Shown here: piece by piece, positions 8,933-18,750 of the stretch
Position numbering within the stretch: position 1 is the first letter of the stretch
Layout: each line of letters opens with the position of its first letter
DNA from: a virus
Taxonomy: Duplodnaviria; Caudoviricetes
Reading direction: 5' to 3' (one strand)
DNA length: 64,000 nt
Virus record (IMG/VR): IMGVR_UViG_3300042691_031247
Notes under the pieces: model-generated
What the model was told of the DNA's origin: nothing
Databases searched by the model: none
What the model saw: the letters and a program-made list of their open reading frames with translations, nothing else
Position numbers and translations under genes: made by a program

Positions 8933-11900
8933 CTATCTGTGGTAAGAACCGGTTCCGCCCGCCATGTCGACTGGCGTACCGTCTGGCGTCTGTTCCATGT
9001 GGCGCCCGCTGGCCTGCATTACGGCCTCTGACAGGCCCTTTAATACAAGTGTGCCGGTAAGCTGCATGTCTCTCCCGCGCTCGTTGTCTTGAACGCCGCG
9101 CTGGGCACGCAACGCTTGCTCGGCGTTTTGCTGCGCAACACTCGTCGCCTCGCGACCAGATGACACAAACGCTGCTTGTGTCTGCCGGATCGCTGTTACA
9201 CCGGTAGACGCGCCGCTAGCCCACGGCGGCTCGCCGCCAGCGCTTGGAGCGTCGCCGCCTATGCTCGCCATCGGATCAATTTGTTGCTGCGCCGGATCAA
9301 GCGTTTTGATTTCGTCGCGCCGCTGGCGCAAGAAATCGTATTGCTTTTTGTCGTCACTAGACAGTTGCAGTTCGCTTGTAAACCAACCGGACTTTCCGCG
9401 CGATGCAATCTCTTCCATCTGCTTGGTAACAGTTCCAAGCGGATCGCCTGATTCGAGTTCTTTGCGTCGCTGACTCAGCGCGTCATATTTTTTGCGGTCT
9501 TCTTTTCCTAGCTGCAGTTCGCTAGTAAACCAGCCAGACTTACCGCGAGACGCAATCTCTTCCATCTGCTTGGTAACAGTTCCAAGCGGATCGCCGGATG
9601 TAATCTCGTCTTTGCGGCGCTGCAACGACGTGTATTTTTCTTTGTCTTCGTCGGATAGCTGTATTTCGCTGGTGAACCACCCCGGTTTGCCGCGCGACGC
9701 AATATCCTCCATCTGCTGCGTAACAAGCTGCAGCTGCTCTTGCTGCGACGGTTGACCCTGCGCACCGCCGCCGCCAGATAGCAAATCCATCATCTGCTGC
9801 AGCCCGCTCGAATGCAGGGCTGCAGCTTGTTTAGGATCAAGATTTTGTGAAGTAAGTCCGCCGGCCGCGGGCGCTGGCGCGCCAGACTTTACGCGTTCCA
9901 TTACTTTGGTCGCTTGATGTTCGGCCAACGTTTTGTGCAGGCGCGAGACGTTCGCGCGCTCTTCTTTCGACAAGAACATGCTGGTGCGCGCGCCGTCCAG
10001 CCCGTCTAAGCCCTTTTGCTGATCTTCTGGCGAGAACTTATCAAATAGCTTGCGCGCTTCGCCGCCGGGGAGCGACAGCAGCTGCTTTCGCTTATCCGTG
10101 TCGTACATCGCCGACGTAAAGTTATCCGCGGTTGGATCTTTACTAATTTCGTCGACAACTTTTTGCTGCGCGTCTGTTAGTTTAGCGTCATCTGCGGCAG
10201 ACGGTGTTGCCAGCTCTTTCTTTCTTTTCTGGAGTTCTTCCCACCGCTGCTGGTCCTCGTCGTTGCTGAATCGCATGTCAGTAGCCATCCAGCCGCGGTC
10301 TGTACCGCGTTTGCGCAGCGCCTCAATTTGAGCGTCGACGCTAGCGGGGTCGTCCATGTTGGTCTGCTTGGAACGAAACGTTTCCAACCCCTGCTCTTTG
10401 GCCGTTTCACGTGCTTTTGCGTAAACGTTGTTAAGCTGCTGCACGCCACGGTCGCCAGAGCCAAATACTGCTTCCAAGTGTTTTTTGGCTTTCTCTTCGG
10501 CGCGGGCTGGGACCGAACCCTCGCTTTCAAAGTGCTTGATCATTTCTTCCTTCAAGCGCTTTGACATAAACTGCGCGCGATCTTCCGGTGTGTCGTCAAC
10601 TTGGTTACCCATTTCGTTGATTGCAACGCCGGCGGCGACATCGGCCGTTTTGCGCATAAGATCTTTACGTCGGGCGTCGAACTGTTCGGCAGTTACGTTT
10701 TCCGGTTTAAGCGCAGCATACGCACGCTTATCGTAATTTTGTTCGAGCTGGTCGAACGTCTGCTTGCTAACGTCACGCGTAACCTCGTTGGTCTTGGCTA
10801 ACGGTCGTTCTTGCGCCTCTGTGACTGTTTGCGCCGTTTGATTTAATCCGGCCGCAGCTAGCCCGCCGAACTCTTGCGACGCGCGTAATGCTTTTGACAT
10901 AGCGCGGGCTTCTTCTTGTTTTGCGTCACTGAGTTTGCCGCCGAAGAAACCGCCCTGCATTTTCTTTTCAAATGCCGTTGTATCTTTATCCAGCGCAGCT
11001 TGAGCGAAAGCATCGATTTGCTTCTGGTCAGCTTTCGGACCCAACACAGACTCGGCCATAGCGCGCGCGCCAGCCGTGACGTCTTCTTTTTTGCCGGTGT
11101 TATACGCTTTGATGACCGCTGTAGACCGCCGGCGTTGCGCTTCGTTTTGTTCTTTTTGCGCAGGCGTATCACCCGCAGCCGTGTTACCGACCGCCATTTG
11201 AGCGCGGGCGTAGAGCGTCTGCTGCTGCTCGGCAGTCAATTCTTCGTCCGGCTTGAACCCTGCCATTGTCTTTAGTTTTTTCGCTTCCGGGCCAGTCGGA
11301 TTTTTTTGCGCCTCTTCGTGCAGCTTTTGAATCTGCTCGGGTGTGATAGTAGCAGACGTATACATCTTGGCGGCTGCTACTAAACCTTCCTGCATGTCGG
11401 GCGCATACTTCTGCAGCATCTCGTCTTCCGACATGACGTTTAAGACGTGCTTTAATGATTCCGCGCGCGTACGCGTATTGTCCGACGAAATGTTATTTAA
11501 TTCGTCGCCGACCCGTTGCGAGAACGTAGACTCGGTTCCCAGCGCGGCCTTATTGAAACGCTCGGCGCGACGCTCGTCGACCTTTTGCTTCGCATCAGCG
11601 TTCGCGAGTGCGCCGCGATCGCGGATTTGCTTCTGCCCCTCAATATTAACGCCCGTGCGCTCTTGCAGGATCGCGCTGGATTCCGTGTAGAGTGCGCGCA
11701 TGTTTTCTTTGCGCGTTTCCGGGTCGGCGCCGTAAAGGGCGTTGAAGTATTTTTCAGCCCGGGCGTCGGCTGCGCGTTTGCCGAGATTACCACCGTCTTT
11801 ACTCTGGAAGTAATTCGACAGCTCTTCTTTGCCGCGCTTTTCGAGCGTCGCGTCAACCTCTTCGCTGCTCATGTCTTTCGTCTCGTTCATCACGACATCG

Positions 11901-13819
11901 AGCATGCGATTAGCGAGGTTAGGCGCAATCGTCTTTTTCTGTTCGGCAAACTCCTCGTCTGACATACCAGCCGGCTTAATCTTGTTGAAGTCTTCGCTGG
12001 CCATGGTGCCTTGCATAACCGCAGATTGGCGCTGCGCCAGCCGGCGCTGGTGCATGTAGGTTTGACCCTTGTAGGCATAGCCCTCCTGCACGAACGGCTG
12101 TAACCCCTGCCGATCCATCTGGTACGCGCGGAAGAGGCGGTCCGACGCGCCGGATTCTTTTGCGAGTTGGTACATAGAGCCTACGCCGCCCTCGCCAACC
12201 ATTTGCGCAAGATTAAATTTTTGTCCCTTATACTCGAACTCTTCTTGATTGTTTCGGTATGCCTGTACGGCGGCTTCCATTTTGGTGCCGCGGTACTTGT
12301 CCGGGTTTTCTGTCACGAGCCTATTCAGCACAGCAATACTCTGCCCGCCGGCGCTCGCATCACCGCGGCGAGAGAAGTTAGCCATCACTTCATCGGCTTC
12401 TGCTTTTTGGAGCTTACCCGGGAGCATCTTGTTATACGCCCCGGAGTCGTGCATTGCTTGGCTACGCAGCATGTTTGTGTGCGCGCGCTCCAAACCGCTT
12501 TCGCGCGAGAGGCCCATCTGCACGCCCATCTCCTGCTCGTCACGCACGATCTTGTTTAATTCGGTCAGGCTGGTGTTAGAGTCTCGGGCCGCCATGCGCA
12601 CTTGCCGCACCAGCTTTTCGAGTTTGCCCGGGGCTAGCGACGACGCGCCACCAGTTAAATGCTCAAGGCTTTTAATAAGCGCTTGAACCGGCGCGTTCTC
12701 TTGGCCATTGTCGCCAAAGATCTCGCGAATCGCGGCGATACTGCCCGTGTAGTCTTTAAGCGCTTTCGTGGTTCGCTGGGCGTCAACGGCGTTCGCGGCG
12801 GTGCTAAAACCGTCCATCTGCTCAATTTCAGAGACCGACTTGGCGCGCGGATCTTTGGCGGTGTGCCTGTCGATTTCTTGGAACGTCGAGCTGATGCGCT
12901 TCTTGTAGTCGCCCATCTTGTCGGCGAGCATGATCTTTTGTTCTTCTTCGGTGGCGTTCGCATAGTCGAAATTGCGCGACATTAAATCGTCATGCCCAAA
13001 CTGCTCGGCAAGTCGGGTGATTGTCTTGTCGTCGCGCTTCGACGCGCTCATGGCTTTAACGCGCTCTGCCGGCGTGAGCGCGCCCAGCGCTTGCGGCAGC
13101 TGCCCCTTCTGGAACAGGTGCTCCATCATTTCGCCGCTCGCTACGGCACCAAACCCGCGCATCTCGTTGAGGTTGGCGTCGGGGCCGTACATGTTTTGAT
13201 ATACATTCTGCGAAAACTGCCGCGTCGAGTTTTCGGACATCCGGCTGTCGCCTGTCGCGGCGTCGGCCCGGTAAAAGCCGATCCTGTTCGCGGCTGCGGC
13301 AGTAGCTGACGGGTCGCCGCGACGGCCGAACATAAGTCCTTCGTATGTTTCGGCGCCGATCTGGCTGGCGGCAAATTGTTTAAAAATTGGATTGTTTAAT
13401 ACGCGCGCCCCTGTGTTAGCCTGCTCGCGATCAAGCTGTGTGATTGGTTTGCCGCCGTTTGCGATCTGCTGCGCGGCTAGTATTTTTTTGGCGACCTCTT
13501 CGTTGCCGGCCATGTGCGCGGCGTTAATAACCTGCGCGCCACCGCGCTGATACTGCGCAGCCGTGTGTTGGTCCATCACGTTCTGGCCGGGCATCTGGTG
13601 CATTAAAAACGCATCTGGGCCGAAGGCGCCCTGCACCAGCTGCGGGCCGTACATGTTGGCCAGATAGCCAAACGCGTCGTCTACGTTTCTAGGATTCGTA
13701 AACGGCGAATAGGTCGGCGGGGCGTAGCGCAGAGCGTCTATAGACTGCGCCGCCGCCATGTCGTACTCGGACGGCGCGTTGCCAAAAAAGCCCGGATGAA
13801 TGTACTGCGAAGCCTGCAT
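8933..13819 (-). CDS. tape measure protein
   Basis: 1628 aa; Ala/Gln/Glu/Lys-rich helical composition; lies downstream of the chaperone pair and upstream of the tube initiator and hub. Confidence 0.7.
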   Translation of the reverse strand: MQASQYIHPGFFGNAPSEYDMAAAQSIDALRYAPPTYSPFTNPRNVDDAFGYLANMYGPQLVQGAFGPDAFLMHQMPGQNVMDQHTAAQYQRGGAQVINAAHMAGNEEVAKKILAAQQIANGGKPITQLDREQANTGARVLNNPIFKQFAASQIGAETYEGLMFGRRGDPSATAAAANRIGFYRADAATGDSRMSENSTRQFSQNVYQNMYGPDANLNEMRGFGAVASGEMMEHLFQKGQLPQALGALTPAERVKAMSASKRDDKTITRLAEQFGHDDLMSRNFDYANATEEEQKIMLADKMGDYKKRISSTFQEIDRHTAKDPRAKSVSEIEQMDGFSTAANAVDAQRTTKALKDYTGSIAAIREIFGDNGQENAPVQALIKSLEHLTGGASSLAPGKLEKLVRQVRMAARDSNTSLTELNKIVRDEQEMGVQMGLSRESGLERAHTNMLRSQAMHDSGAYNKMLPGKLQKAEADEVMANFSRRGDASAGGQSIAVLNRLVTENPDKYRGTKMEAAVQAYRNNQEEFEYKGQKFNLAQMVGEGGVGSMYQLAKESGASDRLFRAYQMDRQGLQPFVQEGYAYKGQTYMHQRRLAQRQSAVMQGTMASEDFNKIKPAGMSDEEFAEQKKTIAPNLANRMLDVVMNETKDMSSEEVDATLEKRGKEELSNYFQSKDGGNLGKRAADARAEKYFNALYGADPETRKENMRALYTESSAILQERTGVNIEGQKQIRDRGALANADAKQKVDERRAERFNKAALGTESTFSQRVGDELNNISSDNTRTRAESLKHVLNVMSEDEMLQKYAPDMQEGLVAAAKMYTSATITPEQIQKLHEEAQKNPTGPEAKKLKTMAGFKPDEELTAEQQQTLYARAQMAVGNTAAGDTPAQKEQNEAQRRRSTAVIKAYNTGKKEDVTAGARAMAESVLGPKADQKQIDAFAQAALDKDTTAFEKKMQGGFFGGKLSDAKQEEARAMSKALRASQEFGGLAAAGLNQTAQTVTEAQERPLAKTNEVTRDVSKQTFDQLEQNYDKRAYAALKPENVTAEQFDARRKDLMRKTADVAAGVAINEMGNQVDDTPEDRAQFMSKRLKEEMIKHFESEGSVPARAEEKAKKHLEAVFGSGDRGVQQLNNVYAKARETAKEQGLETFRSKQTNMDDPASVDAQIEALRKRGTDRGWMATDMRFSNDEDQQRWEELQKRKKELATPSAADDAKLTDAQQKVVDEISKDPTADNFTSAMYDTDKRKQLLSLPGGEARKLFDKFSPEDQQKGLDGLDGARTSMFLSKEERANVSRLHKTLAEHQATKVMERVKSGAPAPAAGGLTSQNLDPKQAAALHSSGLQQMMDLLSGGGGAQGQPSQQEQLQLVTQQMEDIASRGKPGWFTSEIQLSDEDKEKYTSLQRRKDEITSGDPLGTVTKQMEEIASRGKSGWFTSELQLGKEDRKKYDALSQRRKELESGDPLGTVTKQMEEIASRGKSGWFTSELQLSSDDKKQYDFLRQRRDEIKTLDPAQQQIDPMASIGGDAPSAGGEPPWASGASTGVTAIRQTQAAFVSSGREATSVAQQNAEQALRAQRGVQDNERGRDMQLTGTLVLKGLSEAVMQASGRHMEQTPDGTPVDMAGGTGSYHR
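9310..9720 (-). repeat. three tandem 147-bp (49-aa) coding repeats in the tape measure C-terminus
   Basis: Anchor GCAAT(C/A) at 9405, 9552 and 9699 (period 147); unit QMEEIASRGKSGWFTSELQL...RRKELESGDPLGTVTK. Confidence 0.9.
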
Positions 13820-13834
13820 GTGCCGCCGCCGTGT

Positions 13835-14236
13835 TTATTTTTCGTTGTTTAGCGTTTTATATCGCTCCAACATGTCGCTCAGGTCTTTGCTTAACATTGT
13901 ATCTTTTTTGGGCTCTTCGCCGCGCGGCTCTGACGGTTTTACGTCTTCCGGGGTGATCCACGGAAAAACAGTTTTTTGGATATCGCTTAGCAGTGCGTTT
14001 GAGCGCTTTTTGATATCAGCAAAACTCTCTTCTGTCAGATTGCCGTGAGCCAACAGCGCCAACCAGTGCCGCTGCGCCGTAACTAGTAATTCGTAATCTT
14101 CTCGGCGCTCTACCTCGTTTAGTAACAACCGGTGCTTAATTCTCCACTGACGATTTCTGGGATCGGCGCCGGCGTAGTTTATTGCGCCGGACACGGCAGC
14201 CCGCACCATTAGGGCTGCTACCCGATCCCGTTCCAA
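13835..14236 (-). CDS. tail assembly chaperone, second ORF (probable frameshift extension)
   Basis: 133-codon ORF beginning with TTG in the -1 frame inside the end of the upstream chaperone; no Shine-Dalgarno sequence; directly precedes the tape measure. Confidence 0.55.
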   Translation of the reverse strand: MERDRVAALMVRAAVSGAINYAGADPRNRQWRIKHRLLLNEVERREDYELLVTAQRHWLALLAHGNLTEESFADIKKRSNALLSDIQKTVFPWITPEDVKPSEPRGEEPKKDTMLSKDLSDMLERYKTLNNEK

Positions 14237-15261
14237 AAACTTGGTTCGAGCGCCATGGCCTCTAGCGCCTCCACCAGCCGCTGAAACCTCCGTAAGTGCG
14301 TACTGATCAGGCGGCGAGTAACTTCGTGCGCCAGCGCCTTTGTGTTAATGAACTGGCGCGCTGTTGGAAGAGCCGTCTGGTTCGGCTGATCCTCCGGCGG
14401 TGTAAACTTCACGTCGGCGAGGACGGGGTTTAACATCGTCGGCTTGCCGCTACTGTCGATGATGGCTTCAAGCGAGCACACCAACCGATATTCCGCAAGC
14501 CGCAGAAACCACTCCGCCTCCGAGAAAATCTCCCCGGCGTTCTGGTCAAGAAGCAGCTGCCGCTGAATTAAAAAGTTCTCGTCGGCAAGCAGGCTGCGGA
14601 GCCGCACAACCATACGGCCGCCGGCCAGCTCGTAGTCGCGCGTGAAGCGGTTGCCACCAAGCAGCGTGGCCAAAAAATCTTCTTTATCTGCGTCAGATAC
14701 ATCAACGTCAAATTTCTGCTGCATGTTCCACCCGCACCGCGGGCAGAACGGCAGAATCGCCATCGGGCCTTCAACGTCGCCTGCTGGCGGTGGCAGCACT
14801 TCGTCAGCGGGCGCGGTCGGCGACTCGGCGGGCTTGTCGGCGTCGGCCGTTTGCACAATAACAACGTCGGGCTGGGTCGCTGGCGGCGTCTGCGGCACAA
14901 ACTCAGCCGCGTCTGCGCGATCGTCTACGATTTGCGTCTCCATCATCTTCTTGTACGCCTCGGCCACGCTAGGCGCCATGTCTGCCGTCGCTTCTTTAAG
15001 CTTTTCGGCTGCTTCTTTCTTTTTACCTGCGTCCTTCGCGACCTTGAGGCTGTTCTTTACTTTTTCAACGTCCTCTTCCGTCATCAGCTCGGCGTCGATA
15101 AGTACGTCGATGCGCTTAGACGGCGGCAGCTTATCGCGAATTTGCAGCAGCAGCTCGCCAAGATCGGCCGGGATCGGGTCGTTTACTTTCCAACCAAACT
15201 GCTCCAGCGTGGCTTTGGTAAAGTCCGACACGTAGGGGTTTTCAACTAGCTCCATGACCAA
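14218..15261 (-). CDS. putative tail assembly chaperone
   Basis: 347 aa; Pro/acidic linker and an FCPRCGW zinc knuckle; position upstream of the tape measure. Confidence 0.5.
   Translation of the reverse strand: MVMELVENPYVSDFTKATLEQFGWKVNDPIPADLGELLLQIRDKLPPSKRIDVLIDAELMTEEDVEKVKNSLKVAKDAGKKKEAAEKLKEATADMAPSVAEAYKKMMETQIVDDRADAAEFVPQTPPATQPDVVIVQTADADKPAESPTAPADEVLPPPAGDVEGPMAILPFCPRCGWNMQQKFDVDVSDADKEDFLATLLGGNRFTRDYELAGGRMVVRLRSLLADENFLIQRQLLLDQNAGEIFSEAEWFLRLAEYRLVCSLEAIIDSSGKPTMLNPVLADVKFTPPEDQPNQTALPTARQFINTKALAHEVTRRLISTHLRRFQRLVEALEAMALEPSFWNGIG
14231..14243 (-). other. candidate -1 programmed frameshift site (CCA AGT TTT TGG)
   Basis: T-run at the overlap of the two pre-tape-measure ORFs; a -1 slip on TTT enters the downstream ORF exactly at TTG GAA. 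Confidence 0.4.
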
Positions 15262-15266
15262 CTCCT

Positions 15267-18152
15267 TTAGGTACGCGGAATGACGGGGTAGTTACCGTTG
15301 ATAATCTTTGGCGTATTGGGTTTAAACTCTGGCTCTTTGTATTCGCCGGCCAAACCGGGGGCCGGGTTGCGTTTCTTGTCGATATAGCCGCCCTCGTTTT
15401 GCACGATCTTGAAATCTTGCTCGACGTACGCGGGTTCGGAGTTGAGCCATTTATCGCCGGGGAACGGGAACGTCTTTCCGCACGCGGCAGCCGTGACTGG
15501 CCGCTCTGTCCACTTGTCGGGGCTCTTGCCGCCGATACGGGCCATCTGCTGCCAACGGTCCTCGTAAAGCATGAAGTCGGGAATCTTGTAGTCCTCGTCA
15601 CGTCGGAACGAAAACTCCATAATCGTCATCACGCGGTCGTTGCCGGCGCGTTTTTCCTCGTACCACATCTGTTGAATTTTTTGCGTATCAATCAGGTCGC
15701 CGACTTTTGGAATTTCAACGTCGATGAGTTCTTTAAACAGCTCCACTGCCGCCCGTACTTGCGCCTGACAATCACCGTCACACGGACCTACGAAAATAGC
15801 GCCGCGAGCCGCCATCTCGGTAAGAATATGGCCCTTTGATACGAGCACGCTTCCGTCGCACAGAACGTTGCCGTCAACAAAAAGATCCTTGTCTGTGCCG
15901 ACCGGGCCGCAAAGCAATGTTAACGACTGTTTAAATAGGTTGGCCTTGTTTGTGCCGCCGACCTTTTGACCGCCAAAGAAGTGATAAACTGAACCCGATT
16001 CTTTGAGGTAGTTATACAGGTTCTCAGACTTGGTAATGATATCTTTGCTGCCCTGTGCGGCGTCGAGCATGATGTCGCCCGGCTTTATGTTGCCGCCGCC
16101 TGTGCGCATGTAAATCTGATGCGCCAGCCCCACCACGTTCGAGTAAGGGGCGCGCGCAACGACACCGGCAAACTTAATCTGGTCGCCGCACTGCTCGAAG
16201 TCGTACTCGATGGTCTTTCCGCGCGACTCCAACAGAATGCCGCCTTCACGGTCAGACGTCTCGTTACCGGCAAACACCAAGACGTTGCGCTCGGCTTTAA
16301 TGCGGACGTTCTTTTCGGTGGCGGAGATATCGACTGTCTTGTTGCCGCGCAGAATGACGTCGTTACCACCCCACGCTTGAACGTCGCGGCCGCCTTTGAG
16401 CCACACGTCACCCGGCGCCGAGATAATCACGCACCCAGCCACCATTCGGATCTCGCCGCCGTATCCGTCACCAATGACTACGCCGCCATCCTCCAGCAAC
16501 GAGATATACGATTCTTGCTCATAGAACTTTTGCTGGTTGTAGCGGTGGTCGATTTTCCACTCTTTTGGCGTCGGCTCTTTGAGATACATCGAGCCCTTGA
16601 GCTGGCTGAACTCAGGAATCTTTTGGTTAACGTCAGCGTAGCCTTCGGTTTTTAGATCCTGTTCTTCCCACGTCTTGTAGTCTTTCTCGTGCCAGTAGAA
16701 CGGGTGCAGGCCGGCGTAGTTAAACAGATAACCGTGGAGATCGAGGACAGCCGTGGCGCGCTGCATGTTTGGCCACTTGGAGTCTGTCGTCTTGATGTCG
16801 CCTGTAATCTTGTGATCGGGGCCGCTACCGTACTTGCTGGCGGCCTTGTAGTTCCGCTCGGTGTCGTCGCCCTTGCCGGACTCAGGGCGCTTTAGGCGCT
16901 GCGGGAAGGGCAGCAGAATGCGTTTAGATAACACAATGCCCTTGGACGACGTGATAAACCGCCGACCGTCCATGGCCACGTTATCTTCTTGCAGGCCATA
17001 TACGGGCTTTTCTTCGTGATCGGGGCTTTTGCTCCCGCCACCACAGTCCGGGGGGAAACTGTGTTTGCTGACGAGCGGCGATTCGAACGGCGGGCCCGGC
17101 TGGCCTTCTGGGTCGGGCTTGTACGTCCATTTCTGCTGGCCCGGTGGCGGCGCGTGGACAATCGTCCTCGTTCCCTGCCCGAGATAGCCGTAGAACTTCT
17201 GTGTGCGGTGGTACGGCTGCGCAAAGTCGTCTTTGTTTTCCCAGTGCGAGTAATACGGCACGCCCTTGGGGCACTGATAGTCTTTCGGCTGGAAGTCTTT
17301 AACAATATCCTGCCCGGGCTGCAGTAACCCCATCGCTTCCCACGGGTACGGCGCATAACCGTTGGTGTCGTTGCACTCGGCCTGATCCATGTAGGCGTCG
17401 CGCTCGCTGCCGGCCGTCCAGACCTGCATGTTGTAACCGGCCACGCGGAGCATCTGGTCGTGATAGAAGCCGTATACGCCGCAGAACTCGTTTACGGACG
17501 CGCGGAACATGAAGTCATCGACCGTGACGCCAATGCCGGTTGTCGAGATCGCGCCCCACTCGCTGGCTAGCGTGGCGTCCCATGGCCGCCAACCGCTCCA
17601 GTCGACCATCTGGCCGTTGAGCTTTTCTTTGATGTACTTCTTGTGGCAGTCGTCTACGCGCTTGCGGCTAGCCTGCGAAATGTAGTCGTGATAGGCCCGC
17701 GTACCGATATCTAAAACACCCGGGGCGGCGCCAAGAATGAAACCCTGCCCGAGCCGGTCGTGCACCATGACGATGACAGGCGTACCGGGGGCGTACGTAT
17801 TGATAGCAGAAGCGCCAAAGCACACCTGACTCGTATGACTCAGGGCCGACGCGATAATTGGCGCACGCGACTTCTCGACAAACACTTTATAGCAATTTGC
17901 GATAGCCGTGCCGTCGGCGATCGTGCCCATACAGATCCGCCCAGTATCCTGAAACCCGGCTTTAAAGCCGTGTAACTTACTGTTGGGATCTGCTACTGCT
18001 TGTGTTTGTGCCCCCCACGCCGCGGTTGCTGTACGACTTGAAAACTGCGTATTACTTTGAACTCGTCGCGCAGTTTGAGTTGTGTCGTATGTGTGTTGCT
18101 GTCCGGTGGCTGGAGAAATACTAACTGGTTTGGGGAGCGGTTGCTCGCTCAT
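15267..18152 (-). CDS. VgrG/gp5-like baseplate spike protein
   Basis: 961 aa; N-terminal OB-fold-like segment (YAPGTPVIVMVHDRLGQGFILGA) and beta-helix-like repeats (VIISAPGDVWLKGGRDVQAWGGNDVILRGNKTVDISATEKNVRIKAERNV). Confidence 0.6.
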   Translation of the reverse strand: MSEQPLPKPVSISPATGQQHTYDTTQTARRVQSNTQFSSRTATAAWGAQTQAVADPNSKLHGFKAGFQDTGRICMGTIADGTAIANCYKVFVEKSRAPIIASALSHTSQVCFGASAINTYAPGTPVIVMVHDRLGQGFILGAAPGVLDIGTRAYHDYISQASRKRVDDCHKKYIKEKLNGQMVDWSGWRPWDATLASEWGAISTTGIGVTVDDFMFRASVNEFCGVYGFYHDQMLRVAGYNMQVWTAGSERDAYMDQAECNDTNGYAPYPWEAMGLLQPGQDIVKDFQPKDYQCPKGVPYYSHWENKDDFAQPYHRTQKFYGYLGQGTRTIVHAPPPGQQKWTYKPDPEGQPGPPFESPLVSKHSFPPDCGGGSKSPDHEEKPVYGLQEDNVAMDGRRFITSSKGIVLSKRILLPFPQRLKRPESGKGDDTERNYKAASKYGSGPDHKITGDIKTTDSKWPNMQRATAVLDLHGYLFNYAGLHPFYWHEKDYKTWEEQDLKTEGYADVNQKIPEFSQLKGSMYLKEPTPKEWKIDHRYNQQKFYEQESYISLLEDGGVVIGDGYGGEIRMVAGCVIISAPGDVWLKGGRDVQAWGGNDVILRGNKTVDISATEKNVRIKAERNVLVFAGNETSDREGGILLESRGKTIEYDFEQCGDQIKFAGVVARAPYSNVVGLAHQIYMRTGGGNIKPGDIMLDAAQGSKDIITKSENLYNYLKESGSVYHFFGGQKVGGTNKANLFKQSLTLLCGPVGTDKDLFVDGNVLCDGSVLVSKGHILTEMAARGAIFVGPCDGDCQAQVRAAVELFKELIDVEIPKVGDLIDTQKIQQMWYEEKRAGNDRVMTIMEFSFRRDEDYKIPDFMLYEDRWQQMARIGGKSPDKWTERPVTAAACGKTFPFPGDKWLNSEPAYVEQDFKIVQNEGGYIDKKRNPAPGLAGEYKEPEFKPNTPKIINGNYPVIPRT

Positions 18153-18204
18153 TTTTAATCACCAAGTTGGCGTGTTACGGGCGCGAACGCCCCGGGCGGC
18201 TGCC

Positions 18205-18248
18205 CAATACAATAAACGGCGGCTGCGAAAACCGCAACCGCCGTTTAT
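18205..18248 (-). terminator. intrinsic terminator after the tail tube gene
   Basis: Minus-strand hairpin ATAAACGGCGG-T-TGCG-GTTTT-CGCA-G-CCGCCGTTTAT followed by TGTATT. Confidence 0.7.
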
Positions 18249-18276
18249 GTTTGTTCCATCACATCAACGTGCCGTA

Positions 18277-18708
18277 TCAAGACACGTCAATATCACTGCA
18301 AATAAAGCTCAGATTCTCGTTGATTACGACGTCTTGCGCCGTGACGCTGGCGCCGATCGACGTCAGTGTCGCGTCTTTTACGTCGTAATTTACAGAGCCA
18401 CCGCCCTTGCACGCGATGCCTTGCAGCATCATGTTCTTGGGTTGGCACATGTTGCCGTAGGTTTGAATCAACGTCTGGAAATCTCCGTTACCGGCCATCA
18501 CGCGCGTAAGCTGGCACTGCCCCTGCCGACGGTTACCAACGTAATACACGTTGTTGCTGCCGATCTCGTACAGGAAGTTTACGGTACGGTTCACCGTAAA
18601 CTGGAACTGCTGCACGAGTACGGCCTTAGATCCGAGCGTTAAAACAACATCTTCTGCGCGCACGGCGCCAGTATGTGTTTGCGCTGCACTCTGCCACGGT
18701 ACTGCCAT
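18277..18708 (-). CDS. tail tube protein
   Basis: 143 aa immediately after the sheath; VQQFQFTVNRTVNFLYEIGSNNVYYV is typical of myovirus/CIS tube proteins. Confidence 0.75.
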   Translation of the reverse strand: MAVPWQSAAQTHTGAVRAEDVVLTLGSKAVLVQQFQFTVNRTVNFLYEIGSNNVYYVGNRRQGQCQLTRVMAGNGDFQTLIQTYGNMCQPKNMMLQGIACKGGGSVNYDVKDATLTSIGASVTAQDVVINENLSFICSDIDVS

Positions 18709-18750
18709 AATTCACCTGCTGTTGTTGGGTTGGTACTTACAATTACGCGA

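Noticed and set aside
9310-9720. CRISPR array
   Set aside because: The repeats are in-frame 147-bp coding units with synonymous divergence and no unique spacers; there are no cas genes.
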